Virus record (IMG/VR): IMGVR_UViG_3300027749_000034
Length of the DNA: 64,000 nt
Reading direction: 5' to 3' (one strand)
Source of the DNA: a virus
Lineage: Duplodnaviria > Caudoviricetes
Translations under genes and position numbers: made by a program
Notes under the pieces: generated by a model
What the model saw: the letters and a program-made list of their open reading frames with translations, nothing else
The model's database searches: none
What the model was told of the DNA's origin: nothing
Shown: in pieces, positions 27,439 through 37,080 of the stretch
Layout of the letters: every line of letters starts with the position of its first letter
Position numbering within the stretch: the stretch's first letter is position 1

Positions 27439-30400
27439 TTACATGATTCCGGTTGGTGAAACTTGACTAGAAATAATCTCTATATTGTTTACAGTCGCAC
27501 TACTGATAAAAATTTCATTCTGTTCACATTTAATTTGAAATAGATCATTTGGTGTTAGATTACTTTGTAACGGCACTAGAACAATACTGCTGATTACGCC
27601 TCCCAACTGTTTGTGAATCCATGAAGCCATGTCAGTAAAATAAAAAGTTTCGCCAAAATCCCAGTTACTGAAGTTGAAATATGAATTAACACTTGCAATA
27701 ACTCTACTTCTAATTTCAGCATCGCTAACTTTTGTGCCATCACTTTTCGTAATACGAATTGTCACTTGATAGCGTGGATCCGACCCTACTCCAAAAATTA
27801 CTTTGTAGTCAACTGGATGGAAAACAATACTATCACTGATGCTTTTGTAAGGAACAATAGGTTGCATCAGCTGTTCCAAGCTGTAGCTAGATAGTGGCAT
27901 AGGACGAAGACCCGATGCGGCACCATTGTTTACCCAGAATCTAAATGCTTGATTAAAATCAGTTGTTAGTACAAACATGTCAATGATGTTTGTGGTTGTT
28001 GGATCAACTCTGTTGTCTCGGAGAGGAACATGATTGTACTGAACTTTTAAATCCTGTCTGCCCTTGACTCCATTTAGGTCGCCGGGTACTGTGACAGAAA
28101 CAGTTGGTTTCAGTGTATACTGTCCTTTGGCGTCAATAAATTCTTTTTTCACTAAGTTCACAATGTGATCGCTGGTATTATTTGTACCAGTGTTGATAAT
28201 TGAATCAATAATTGTTGGATCATTTGGAACTAATGTATCCAGGAGTCCAGGCAACAACACCTGCACTCTTTTTGGATCGTAACGACCATCATCCAATCTA
28301 AAGTAATCAACTACATCCAATTCAAGTTCGTCAGTTAAACCAACATTGACATTTAAAAACTTAACAGAATCTTTAATAACTCGACGAGTTGTTTGATCTA
28401 GTGCGCTACCAAACCGTTGATTATGAAAGGACAATTCACTGTCGCTACCGAACGCTGTTTGATCTCTTCTTAATACACTTGCCCAAACGGCTGTCAGTGG
28501 ATTATGTACCAATCGAATCATCCAGCTACTGTTGCCTCTAAAGGTTGCTGTGCCTGCTGTTGTCAAATCAAGTCCTTGACCTGTGGTATCGTTAACTGTA
28601 TCTGCTGACACTACAAACCATCGATCTTTAATGTTATCATAGTATAGGCCAAAGTTTTGTTTGGCTTTGATTTTTTCTACTATTTCAGCTAGTTCGGTAA
28701 TGTTGAACAATGATCGCATGCTTGGAATCCATCCAAATAATTGGCCGTCGGCTATGGTACCATCAACGAATACTGCTCCTTGCCCATTGGCACGAAGTCC
28801 TGTATTGTTTCCTTCATTATCGCTTACTCCAAAACCTTCTCTATAGATGTCAAGTATTTTTGCCCATCGGTCTGACGAGAATTTGATTAGAGAATTTTTC
28901 TTTAATGTTCTATTCTCTAATATTGCAGTTCCTTTTCCTACTCGCACTGGTTTCTTGTCTGCGTCGGCTACATCATAAAAGTATCCGTGTGTTACTCCAT
29001 TAGCATAGTCAATTTTATGCCAGACCAATGGAGAGTCACTACCAATTCGTAAAAGACCACTGGCATCGTCATACAGATACTTTTTATAGTATAACTGATG
29101 TGTGCTTCGATTCAATAAAGATTCTTGTACCCAACTTAAAACTTCATCGTCAGTGGCACTATCTTGTAATGTTGTTTCAACTGTATTTTCCGATGAGTAA
29201 ATGAATCCATCACTGGCCAATGTAATTACAGGACGATAGGTTGCTGTTGGATCTTGTGTGTCGGCATAAATGCTTTGTCCAGCAAAGGTTCTATTGATTG
29301 ACAAAATCTTATCAACTCCTCCAATTTGTCCCTCTGGATATATGTTATAGTCGCTGGCTGTAATCATGCGATCTTGACTGGCCGCTGTTCTGGCCGCACG
29401 ATTTTTAATTTGTGTTATTGTTTCACTAAGTGAATTGGTTATTGGTTCTGACAATTGCAATGTGCAAACCAGATCTTGCTCTTTTCCTTCACTGTCAATA
29501 TATCTAAGAGCGGCCTGCATGCCAAGTACATCAGACGGTACAAAAGAAATTTCTTCCATTGCACTTTGCCTATACCAAATTCTAATATTCCCCGTAGGAA
29601 TATCTGCAAAGGTGCCGTCACCAAATTTGATACTGATTGTATCGTTTTCTTTTGTGATTACTTCGTAAATCTTTCTAGTGTCTTTATTGATTGCATTGAA
29701 TGCAATGTTTTTACCGACCGTACTTGGAACTTTGGTCCAGCTGTCAATGATTCGACCTGAACCATCTACACTTTGTACCCATACATCACTTTCATTGATG
29801 CCAGTAGCGTCAACATCAATCACGCGGTTTTGAATACTGGTTTCTAATACATGATCTTCATATGAGAGTGTACCTTGTTTGAATAACAGGAACCAACCAT
29901 TGGTTGAATTTGCATAACCAGTTCCGTCATTGTTAAACAACATTGTCATGTAACCATAAGGATTAGGAGTTGATTCTAAGGCCAACTGTGTGGTTGCATC
30001 AATGACCATAGGTACAATTTCGCAGTTGTAATTTGTACTATTGCGAGCGTTGAGATTGAATGCCTCTACCATTGTTCTATTTTGCGATTGTGAAATTTGA
30101 TACAGCTCTCTAGAAATGCCATTGGTAATTGCCGAACTAACTGGACGACCAATTGGAGTAGCTTTGTTAAATGCCTCGTTGAGGATGATACTGGTCTGTT
30201 CGTTAAAGTCGGGATTCAACGGATCAGCCCATACCACAGTTGAATTTGCAAGGTTTGTACCTTTGCTGTCATATAAATCTTGACTTGTTTTTATTGCAGA
30301 GATGCGAAGGAAGCCACCAGCGTTAAAGTTACGGAACGGCTTGTATCCCAACTGTCTGGCAATGCTTAAAATGTTGCCACGATTTTCAGCAGTCTCTAAA

Positions 30401-30660
30401 AAAGTTTCTCTTAAATTTAAATCACTTCTGAAAGCTAAATTTTGTCCAATGTATGACATCAAGTCAATCAGTGCAACATACTCGCTGGAGTTAATAAAGT
30501 CTGTAAAATCTTCTGGATAGTTTGTTTGTATGTGATTTAACAATGCGGTACGAAGACTTTCAAAGTCGTAGGCTTTAAAATCTGCATTGACCAAATACCT
30601 ATAGTTGTTCAGCCAACTCTCTGCGGCATTTAGTTGTCCAAGGCGTCGAGTCTGGCTCAT
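27439..30660 (-). CDS. gp6: Baseplate wedge subunit, T4 gp6-like
   Basis: DFKAYDFESLR...FTDFINSSEYVALIDLMSYIGQNLAFR...ETFLETA...ILSIARQLGYKP; TASDY motif. Confidence 0.88.
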   Translation of the reverse strand: MSQTRRLGQLNAAESWLNNYRYLVNADFKAYDFESLRTALLNHIQTNYPEDFTDFINSSEYVALIDLMSYIGQNLAFRSDLNLRETFLETAENRGNILSIARQLGYKPFRNFNAGGFLRISAIKTSQDLYDSKGTNLANSTVVWADPLNPDFNEQTSIILNEAFNKATPIGRPVSSAITNGISRELYQISQSQNRTMVEAFNLNARNSTNYNCEIVPMVIDATTQLALESTPNPYGYMTMLFNNDGTGYANSTNGWFLLFKQGTLSYEDHVLETSIQNRVIDVDATGINESDVWVQSVDGSGRIIDSWTKVPSTVGKNIAFNAINKDTRKIYEVITKENDTISIKFGDGTFADIPTGNIRIWYRQSAMEEISFVPSDVLGMQAALRYIDSEGKEQDLVCTLQLSEPITNSLSETITQIKNRAARTAASQDRMITASDYNIYPEGQIGGVDKILSINRTFAGQSIYADTQDPTATYRPVITLASDGFIYSSENTVETTLQDSATDDEVLSWVQESLLNRSTHQLYYKKYLYDDASGLLRIGSDSPLVWHKIDYANGVTHGYFYDVADADKKPVRVGKGTAILENRTLKKNSLIKFSSDRWAKILDIYREGFGVSDNEGNNTGLRANGQGAVFVDGTIADGQLFGWIPSMRSLFNITELAEIVEKIKAKQNFGLYYDNIKDRWFVVSADTVNDTTGQGLDLTTAGTATFRGNSSWMIRLVHNPLTAVWASVLRRDQTAFGSDSELSFHNQRFGSALDQTTRRVIKDSVKFLNVNVGLTDELELDVVDYFRLDDGRYDPKRVQVLLPGLLDTLVPNDPTIIDSIINTGTNNTSDHIVNLVKKEFIDAKGQYTLKPTVSVTVPGDLNGVKGRQDLKVQYNHVPLRDNRVDPTTTNIIDMFVLTTDFNQAFRFWVNNGAASGLRPMPLSSYSLEQLMQPIVPYKSISDSIVFHPVDYKVIFGVGSDPRYQVTIRITKSDGTKVSDAEIRSRVIASVNSYFNFSNWDFGETFYFTDMASWIHKQLGGVISSIVLVPLQSNLTPNDLFQIKCEQNEIFISSATVNNIEIISSQVSPTGIM

Positions 30661-31037
30661 TTTGTTTCCGTTCCTTTATCGTATGTTAAGGGCAATGTAA
30701 CTGTTTCATCAGACGGACGATAGGTTACTACAACCTCTAAGTTTAGAGCATTTGGGCCTTCACTGACTGTCACGCTCTCCAACGCCCAACGAGGGTCATT
30801 GTTAATAATAGATCTAACATCAGCTTCGATGAGAGCAATTGTTGCATCATCCAAGGGCTCAAACAACATTTCCCATACAATACTTCCAAAGGTGGGCATC
30901 ATTACACGCTCGCCTTTGCGGGTGTTAAAATGGTTTAACAAGTCTTGTTTGGCCAAGTCCATGTCGTAGCGAACTGGCTTTAAAAAAGTAGTTCCCACTG
31001 TACTGTACCCGCGAAATCTCGATGTAAATGTTGGCAT
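30657..31037 (-). CDS. gp25: Baseplate wedge subunit, gp25-like
   Basis: LLNHFNTRKGERVMMPTFGSIVWEMLFEP...DPR. Start moved from the tracked TTG 31052 to ATG 31037 because TAAATA lies inside the tracked extension. Confidence 0.92.
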   Translation of the reverse strand: MPTFTSRFRGYSTVGTTFLKPVRYDMDLAKQDLLNHFNTRKGERVMMPTFGSIVWEMLFEPLDDATIALIEADVRSIINNDPRWALESVTVSEGPNALNLEVVVTYRPSDETVTLPLTYDKGTETK

Positions 31038-31042
31038 AAGCC

Positions 31043-31048
31043 TATTTA
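31043..31048 (-). promoter_or_regulatory. Late promoter core TAAATA, 5 nt before ATG
   Basis: GGTAAATA-GGCTT-ATG, no SD. Confidence 0.6.
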
Positions 31049-31097
31049 CCAATATGTAATATACTGGGTTTTATCAACCTGTTGACGCTTTTTTAGC

Positions 31098-33212
31098 TTA
31101 TGGTTGGGTTGGCGTTCCTGCTGGAGTATTACCGCCAGTGTGTGGAGATCCGTACTTGTCTTGCAGTTGTTCTTTGGTCAATCTACTGCCTGGTGGTACC
31201 TTTCCAGTATTGAGATAGTTGCTTCTTTCATATTGAGCTTGTTGTTGAGAAGTTGGCTTTGTTAAATCTGGTTGCAGGCGTTTTCCACCAGCTGGGCCGC
31301 CACCATCTTCGCTGTCCCATTTTCCGTCTGGATTTCTGGCCTTGTTATTTCTAACAGCGGCCTCATCAGATTTAACACCTTCGTTTACCAAATCTTGTTG
31401 TGACTTGTTGGCCTGTATTTCTCCAGTCATTGCAAACTGTGCTTCTTTGCTTTTAACTTCGGCAGAATTGCTAAATTTACCGTTTGCCCAAATTGTAGCA
31501 ACGTCTTCTCTTGTTGGTTTTCCATCTGCTTGTCCAGCCCCTGATGCAACAAGTTTTTTTGCCATGTCGTTGGCCGCTGATGGATTTCCAAATGCCGCCA
31601 TGTGTAGTGCATCTATTTGTGATTGTGTAATACAAACATTCTTGCCGGCCATTTCTTTTTTAAGTGTCGCATTTAAGCCTGGGCTGATATGTCTATCCAT
31701 GATCTGCCGTGCCGCTGTTCTAGCCTCTGCTTCGCTTGGGCCATCTTTGAGAGCTTGCTTGATGTTTGGATCTAATTTACTAGCAGGATTTCCTGGCCCA
31801 AAAATATCCACTCGTGTGCCGTATCCAACACTATAACCAAGATAGTCTGAATATTGCATGCCTCTATAGGCTTCTCTGGAAAGATTTGCATTAAATGCTT
31901 CTTCACTGATTCTATATTCTGTTGTTTCGGGTACACAATCAATGGCATTTGATTTTGTAGCTGGTGGAATATCTTTATAACTCTCTGGTGCTGGGACAAT
32001 GTCTGGAGATGGTATATTTCCGGCAGTTGGTTGTTCACCGCCCTTGTGTGAATGTCCGCCATATGGTTCAGCTTCAGGTACACGAACAGAAATACTTCTA
32101 CCAATTTCACTGTTGGTAATTAAACTGTTCTGGCTTGGTAATGTTGCTCTGTCTGCAACAGGTCCATTCAAGTCGATACGGTTTGCACTCAATCTCATTT
32201 GACTGTCGGCAAGTATGTGTACATTGGCCGCTGACGTAATTTTTACATTGGTGGTTCCAGTTATGTTAAATTCTTCACATGCTTCTACCACTGCATTTTT
32301 AGTGGCACTTAGATTTAGGCCTGCGCCAGCATTGATGTTGATGTCCTGGTTGGCATGAAAATTAATATTTTCTCCTGCGTGAACGCTGAAGTTTTTAGAA
32401 CAGTACATGTCAATGTTGCCAGTGTCTTCGATTTCTACCCAGGCAGTACCCGACGCATTACTAAAGTAAATAAATCCTTCTTCGGCATCTAGTAAAATTT
32501 GATTTCCTTTGCGTGTTCTAAATTGTATTTTGCCGCCGTTGCCATCTGCACCATCATCTAACAATAGATTATTTTGTCCAGGTGTCAAAAAGCCGTAGGC
32601 ATAGCCTGGGTGCTTGCCCTTTGCTCTAAAAGGACTTGCATTGTTATGGCCTCTTCTAAGATCAGTGCCCAAGCCTTGAACATTAAGTTGTGCTGACTTT
32701 GGATGCTTGGGACGTCTATCTTCGTTCGGGTCAGTTTTGTTATATCTGTTGCGTTCAGCCAGTGGCTTGATTTCATTTTTGTGTGTTAGTCCAGATGCAA
32801 TGCCAGGTAGTGCATGAGTATGTGCATCAAATGGCAAACAAGCCCACCATATGCCTTGATGCAACTCTCCGTTGATAAATCCGCAAATTACTTGTACATC
32901 TGGATGCGGTGGTACCATCCACATTCCATAGCTTTGGCTGGTCTGTGGAAATTCTGTTGCGCTGGTTGATTTTGATTCTGTTGGAGTGTTGGAGCCACCG
33001 GCAAATGGAGGGCAATATCTTACTGTGAACCAGCCCTGCTCATTGCTTTCTGAAGTACTGCTCAGTTGAGAAATCCATACTCGCAGTCTACCAAGACCTT
33101 CTTTGTCTGATGCATCTTTTACCTTGCCAATGTAGATGCCAAAGTTTTTTGCGCCGCCTCCGTCTCCACCTGAATGATGTTGTGCTTGGCCGCCTTGATT
33201 ACTTGCTTTCAT
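31098..33212 (-). CDS. gp5: Baseplate hub/puncturing protein, gp5-like, with a C-terminal GH24 lysozyme-like domain
   Basis: OB-fold N-terminus (YIGKVKD..D...GRLRVWI...YGMWMVPP), beta-helix repeats, then EAYRGMQYSDYLGYSVGYG and ITQSQIDAL. Confidence 0.8.
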   Translation of the reverse strand: MKASNQGGQAQHHSGGDGGGAKNFGIYIGKVKDASDKEGLGRLRVWISQLSSTSESNEQGWFTVRYCPPFAGGSNTPTESKSTSATEFPQTSQSYGMWMVPPHPDVQVICGFINGELHQGIWWACLPFDAHTHALPGIASGLTHKNEIKPLAERNRYNKTDPNEDRRPKHPKSAQLNVQGLGTDLRRGHNNASPFRAKGKHPGYAYGFLTPGQNNLLLDDGADGNGGKIQFRTRKGNQILLDAEEGFIYFSNASGTAWVEIEDTGNIDMYCSKNFSVHAGENINFHANQDININAGAGLNLSATKNAVVEACEEFNITGTTNVKITSAANVHILADSQMRLSANRIDLNGPVADRATLPSQNSLITNSEIGRSISVRVPEAEPYGGHSHKGGEQPTAGNIPSPDIVPAPESYKDIPPATKSNAIDCVPETTEYRISEEAFNANLSREAYRGMQYSDYLGYSVGYGTRVDIFGPGNPASKLDPNIKQALKDGPSEAEARTAARQIMDRHISPGLNATLKKEMAGKNVCITQSQIDALHMAAFGNPSAANDMAKKLVASGAGQADGKPTREDVATIWANGKFSNSAEVKSKEAQFAMTGEIQANKSQQDLVNEGVKSDEAAVRNNKARNPDGKWDSEDGGGPAGGKRLQPDLTKPTSQQQAQYERSNYLNTGKVPPGSRLTKEQLQDKYGSPHTGGNTPAGTPTQP

Positions 33213-33224
33213 TTTTTGCCTTTA

Positions 33225-35474
33225 TCATGGTCTGCCAGAAGGCGTAGCGGCTGTTGTTGGTCCAGCACTGGTTGCAGAACCTTTACCGGTTTTGGTATCA
33301 TTGGGTTTACTTGTGGCCACATCTTTCTTCCACGGATTTGCCAGTACATCTCTGTTTGCTGTCAATTTTGTTGTGAACTTGCCCTTCTGAAATCTATTTA
33401 CAATTGTATAGGGCCAATATATTCCAGTTATGGCATCACTCTTACGCAGAGCCATTGTGTCATCGGCCGCATTATCTGCGCTGGGCACCTGTGCCTCAAA
33501 GTAAAATGCTCCTAGCCAGGTATGTGTACTGGCAGATTTACGCTTTTCTGCCATCTTCTCTTCTGTCAATTGTTCCTTTTCATATTCCCAGACATCGTCT
33601 TCCCATGGTTGTCGTTTGGCTGGGGTTCCTGGTATTTGCATTAACCAATAAGGATCGCCAACTACTTCTAGGTCTAATTTGACCAGTTCACCTCCACCAC
33701 TCATTCCATTGGCCACTTGCCTATAGATGCTGTACTCCTGAGCATTTTCTGGAGACAGCGCACCTTGGTTAGAACCCTGTGCTACTGTGGTGTTCATATG
33801 GTACCACTGTGCCTGTGTTGGATGCCACCCTTCTCGTGGTGCAGTTGGTCGATAAAGCAAATCTTCCATGTAACTTGTTGCCTTTGATGCTGTTGGCTTT
33901 TGTACTGTTTGTGCCGCGGCACAGGTAACAGCCTTAGAGCTACTTTTGGCAGCCGTCTGCTTGCTTGGTATTGAAGTTGCGGCAGTACCTTGTATTGGCT
34001 TTCCATCTTTGTCAATCCACAGTGGTCGAACACTTCGCCACATGTTGTCAATTTTAATTTCAGTGTTGATAACTTCAATGTTTTCACCTGTGTAAATCCA
34101 TTTGTAAACTTTTCGCAATAGACCTTTTTTAATCCAGTTATCGACTCGTTTATCTCGATTTGCTGGATTTTCAGAATCTTTGTACTCCTGTGGACTGACC
34201 ACTGCGGTTGCGTCTTCTCTGGTTGTTAAAAAATAATGAACTTCTTTTGCTGTATGTCCTAGCTTTTCGTCGTAGGCAATATCTTTACATCCAGGAATAA
34301 TTGCCAAGGTTTTCATTGGCATATGAATCGAAGCCGGATTAGTGTCAGTTGCATTGTACTCTTTCTTTCCATCAGTTACACGATGTAAAAACTTCAATAA
34401 GTCAGGACTGTTTGGCATTGAATTGGTAATGAATTGCTGTATTGTTTGTCCTGGTGTGCCTTGTATTTCTCCAGGTATCATACCCCAAAGAGATGTAAAT
34501 CCTTGCCATAGACTGTAAGAAAATGTCAAGTTTGTAATGTCTTTGTGAGCAGAAATCACATACTTGTGTGGAATACAACGAAGCCCACTTTTTACCTTTT
34601 CTGCTTCTCTGTCGTTTAATGCCTTTGCAAGATTTGTACAAAACTGTGCGATTGTTTTGGGACCATCTTTCATCCTGAAACCATCTTCTAATGTATAGTG
34701 ATCATTTAAAACTGCGGCACCATCATTTGGTGTACCTTTGAAATCATATGTTGCACCTTTGTAGTCCAGTTTCATATGTAATTCATCCAGGCGAATATAC
34801 CAACGAAAGACGAGTTCTTCTCCGCTCCAGCCTTTGCATATTTCTGGCAGGTCTGAATCAGTATTGTATCCAGTAAACCATACTTCTAGCAAATACAATG
34901 CTACGCCATTGGTTTCATATCCTAAATTCATTGCGGATAGACTGAGAGACTCAATTAGTCTACCGCCTATTGGTTCTACTATTTTACCAGAAATGCTGGT
35001 TGGCTTTTGTGTGTAGTAATTGCCAGTAGCATTTTTTGTTCCTGCCACACTTATTTGTAATTCTTCTAGGTGCACTGATCCAGCACCACCTGTTTCCCAC
35101 ATTACTATGCCATTTTTATAATCATACGATCGTTCTGGTCTGGTCTGCTTGGTCTCTGCTGTTGGCATCATTGTCAATCTAGTGTTATAGGTCATGTTCC
35201 TATAATTTTGCAAAGGATTATAATGTGTGTCGGGTAATCCAATGTCATCATTATAAGTTGGTTTTGTGTTAGGTCCAGCCGACGGGGTAGACGCCGGAGT
35301 TGAGTTGCCAGCTGATGCCAACTGCGCGGCTGTTGGTCCACCTTGGCCGCCACCGGCACCACTGGGCGCAGGAATTGCCTGTGTGGCTCCTGCCCGCTGT
35401 CCTTGTGCTGTGATGTTTGGGTTGCCAAATGCGGCACCGCCACCGTTTGAAACGAATCCTGGGCTGGTTGCCAT
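33225..35474 (-). CDS. Baseplate hub protein (gp27-like position)
   Basis: 749 aa between gp53 and gp5; HYNPLQNYRNMTYNTRL, LDLEVVGDPYWL, IVNRFQKGKFTTKL. Confidence 0.55.
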   Translation of the reverse strand: MATSPGFVSNGGGAAFGNPNITAQGQRAGATQAIPAPSGAGGGQGGPTAAQLASAGNSTPASTPSAGPNTKPTYNDDIGLPDTHYNPLQNYRNMTYNTRLTMMPTAETKQTRPERSYDYKNGIVMWETGGAGSVHLEELQISVAGTKNATGNYYTQKPTSISGKIVEPIGGRLIESLSLSAMNLGYETNGVALYLLEVWFTGYNTDSDLPEICKGWSGEELVFRWYIRLDELHMKLDYKGATYDFKGTPNDGAAVLNDHYTLEDGFRMKDGPKTIAQFCTNLAKALNDREAEKVKSGLRCIPHKYVISAHKDITNLTFSYSLWQGFTSLWGMIPGEIQGTPGQTIQQFITNSMPNSPDLLKFLHRVTDGKKEYNATDTNPASIHMPMKTLAIIPGCKDIAYDEKLGHTAKEVHYFLTTREDATAVVSPQEYKDSENPANRDKRVDNWIKKGLLRKVYKWIYTGENIEVINTEIKIDNMWRSVRPLWIDKDGKPIQGTAATSIPSKQTAAKSSSKAVTCAAAQTVQKPTASKATSYMEDLLYRPTAPREGWHPTQAQWYHMNTTVAQGSNQGALSPENAQEYSIYRQVANGMSGGGELVKLDLEVVGDPYWLMQIPGTPAKRQPWEDDVWEYEKEQLTEEKMAEKRKSASTHTWLGAFYFEAQVPSADNAADDTMALRKSDAITGIYWPYTIVNRFQKGKFTTKLTANRDVLANPWKKDVATSKPNDTKTGKGSATSAGPTTAATPSGRP

Positions 35475-35773
35475 TATGTTACCCCAGCAATATCTTTTTT
35501 AGACAATACTATCAATGTCATTCCAATTTTTAAATCTCTAATAGGATCTTTGATCTGGTCTCTGTTGAGTAAAGCAATTACCCACCAGTATTCGCTGGTT
35601 CCATACAGATCATAACTTAATAAATCCATACGGTACTGATACTTGGGAGCCACTACCAACAGCTCAGGTGTCTTATTTCTAAGCATATCTTCTGCTCTTG
35701 GCAATACCGCGCGAGCTAGATAAAAATCATTGACTGGTGTATTTGCATACTGATTAATTCCAACAGTTTCCAT
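35474..35773 (-). CDS. gp53: Baseplate wedge subunit, gp53-like (LysM-like)
   Basis: YQYRMDLLSYDLYGTSEYWWVIALLN. Confidence 0.8.
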   Translation of the reverse strand: METVGINQYANTPVNDFYLARAVLPRAEDMLRNKTPELLVVAPKYQYRMDLLSYDLYGTSEYWWVIALLNRDQIKDPIRDLKIGMTLIVLSKKDIAGVT

Positions 35774-36331
35774 TTAAATGTATCCATTTCCAAGTAACTT
35801 GCCTGATTGAAACTTTTCAAGTGAATAGTTTTTAACAGCTTCGAGCGGATTTATTTGAACAATCAAGCTAACTGTCATTTCAAACAATACAGGTACTGCC
35901 AGCGTACCACCCAATGCCGAAGCAGTTATGTAATCTACATCGTTGGGAAAATCATAGTTAAAACTTTTTACCACCACCGGAGTATTGTTGTAGAATCCAT
36001 GTGCTGTAAATCTTCCAATTGGAGGCGGCGTACCTTTCTTGGCGTCACCGCGGCCATAATACATGCTGGTTGCACTTCGTAACAGATGAATGGCATTTAT
36101 TGTTCTAATTGCTTCTTCGGTATTGCGACTGAACCAAGGACCACTGATGCTAATCGTTGGAGTTGCACGATTACCAAATGCACTAGGTTGATAGTTGGTA
36201 TGCTGAAGTTCCCATGTGCTGTAGTTTACTTCGATGCTTTGATTGATCTTAGGGGTAGCAGGCCACTCCACTGTTCCATTAGAAGAGAAAGCTTTGAATG
36301 AAAGTGAGACCGGTGTTGCTATTTTTGCCAT
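35774..36331 (-). CDS. Tail tube initiator / baseplate protein (gp48/gp54-like)
   Basis: WPATPKINQSIEVNY...HTNY...PPPIGRFTAHG...PVVVKSFNYDFPNDVDY. Confidence 0.55.
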   Translation of the reverse strand: MAKIATPVSLSFKAFSSNGTVEWPATPKINQSIEVNYSTWELQHTNYQPSAFGNRATPTISISGPWFSRNTEEAIRTINAIHLLRSATSMYYGRGDAKKGTPPPIGRFTAHGFYNNTPVVVKSFNYDFPNDVDYITASALGGTLAVPVLFEMTVSLIVQINPLEAVKNYSLEKFQSGKLLGNGYI

Positions 36332-36332
36332 A

Positions 36333-36980
36333 TTAACCTAATTTTGCATCAAAGATGCGTTTGATTTTTTTGATTGCTGTTCCACCGTTTGGATACAGTT
36401 CATTCAAGATTATAGTTCTTCCTTCATCGGTTGCATTCTGATACAACTCTCTAATTTGACTGGCGCTGTTTATTTTTTTGCCGGCAATACTGAATTCAAC
36501 ATCAGCCACAGGTACAACATATCCGTGGCCGGCTCGAGTGCCATCCTTATTTTTCTTGTTGCTGAACGGCAACATGTTTTTGCCTGTGTACTTTTGAAAG
36601 TAACTTGGTGATCCGTCTTTCAACGGAGAGAATGTGAATCTTGGATCTTCAGCCATGTCTTTTTGTCCAACGCCAAACACCATAATGTCTTTGTCTGAGT
36701 TCAAATTTAACTTAGACGGTAAATTTTGAGGAGCATACGGAGTTGTTTCTTCAACCACATGATCAGCTGTTATACCTGCCGCCTGCATCATTAGTAATTT
36801 TTCTGCAAATGTAAACGGACTTTTATTCGGCTCTACCTTCCCGCTGGTGGTTATGTAAGTATTGTTAATGCCAAACTTGGAGGCCAGCTCTTGAAACACT
36901 TCAGCATGTCCACGGTGAAATGGATGAAAGCGGCCTGCATAAATGGCAACAATACGGGGTTGTAAATCGGTAATCTTCAT
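36333..36980 (-). CDS. HIGH-motif nucleotidyltransferase (cytidylyltransferase-like)
   Basis: IYAGRFHPFHRGH and SASQIR. ATG 36980 is preferred (GGAG SD upstream); the tracked start is 36995. Confidence 0.8.
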   Translation of the reverse strand: MKITDLQPRIVAIYAGRFHPFHRGHAEVFQELASKFGINNTYITTSGKVEPNKSPFTFAEKLLMMQAAGITADHVVEETTPYAPQNLPSKLNLNSDKDIMVFGVGQKDMAEDPRFTFSPLKDGSPSYFQKYTGKNMLPFSNKKNKDGTRAGHGYVVPVADVEFSIAGKKINSASQIRELYQNATDEGRTIILNELYPNGGTAIKKIKRIFDAKLG

Positions 36981-36998
36981 AGATGGTATCTCCATGTC

Positions 36999-37004
36999 TA
37001 TTTA
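36999..37004 (-). promoter_or_regulatory. Late promoter core TAAATA (in AACGGTAAATAG)
   Basis: Intergenic, at the head of the baseplate operon. Confidence 0.6.
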
Positions 37005-37032
37005 CCGTTCTTATTATGTACCTACTTTACCG

Positions 37033-37061
37033 TTGACAAGGTAAAACGAATCTGCTATACT
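37033..37061 (+). promoter_or_regulatory. Sigma70-type promoter
   Basis: TTGACA-17 bp-TATACT with extended -10 TGn; AAGGAG SD at 37069-37074 before GTG 37081. Confidence 0.88.
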
Positions 37062-37080
37062 AGTTCATAAGGAGCTTATT

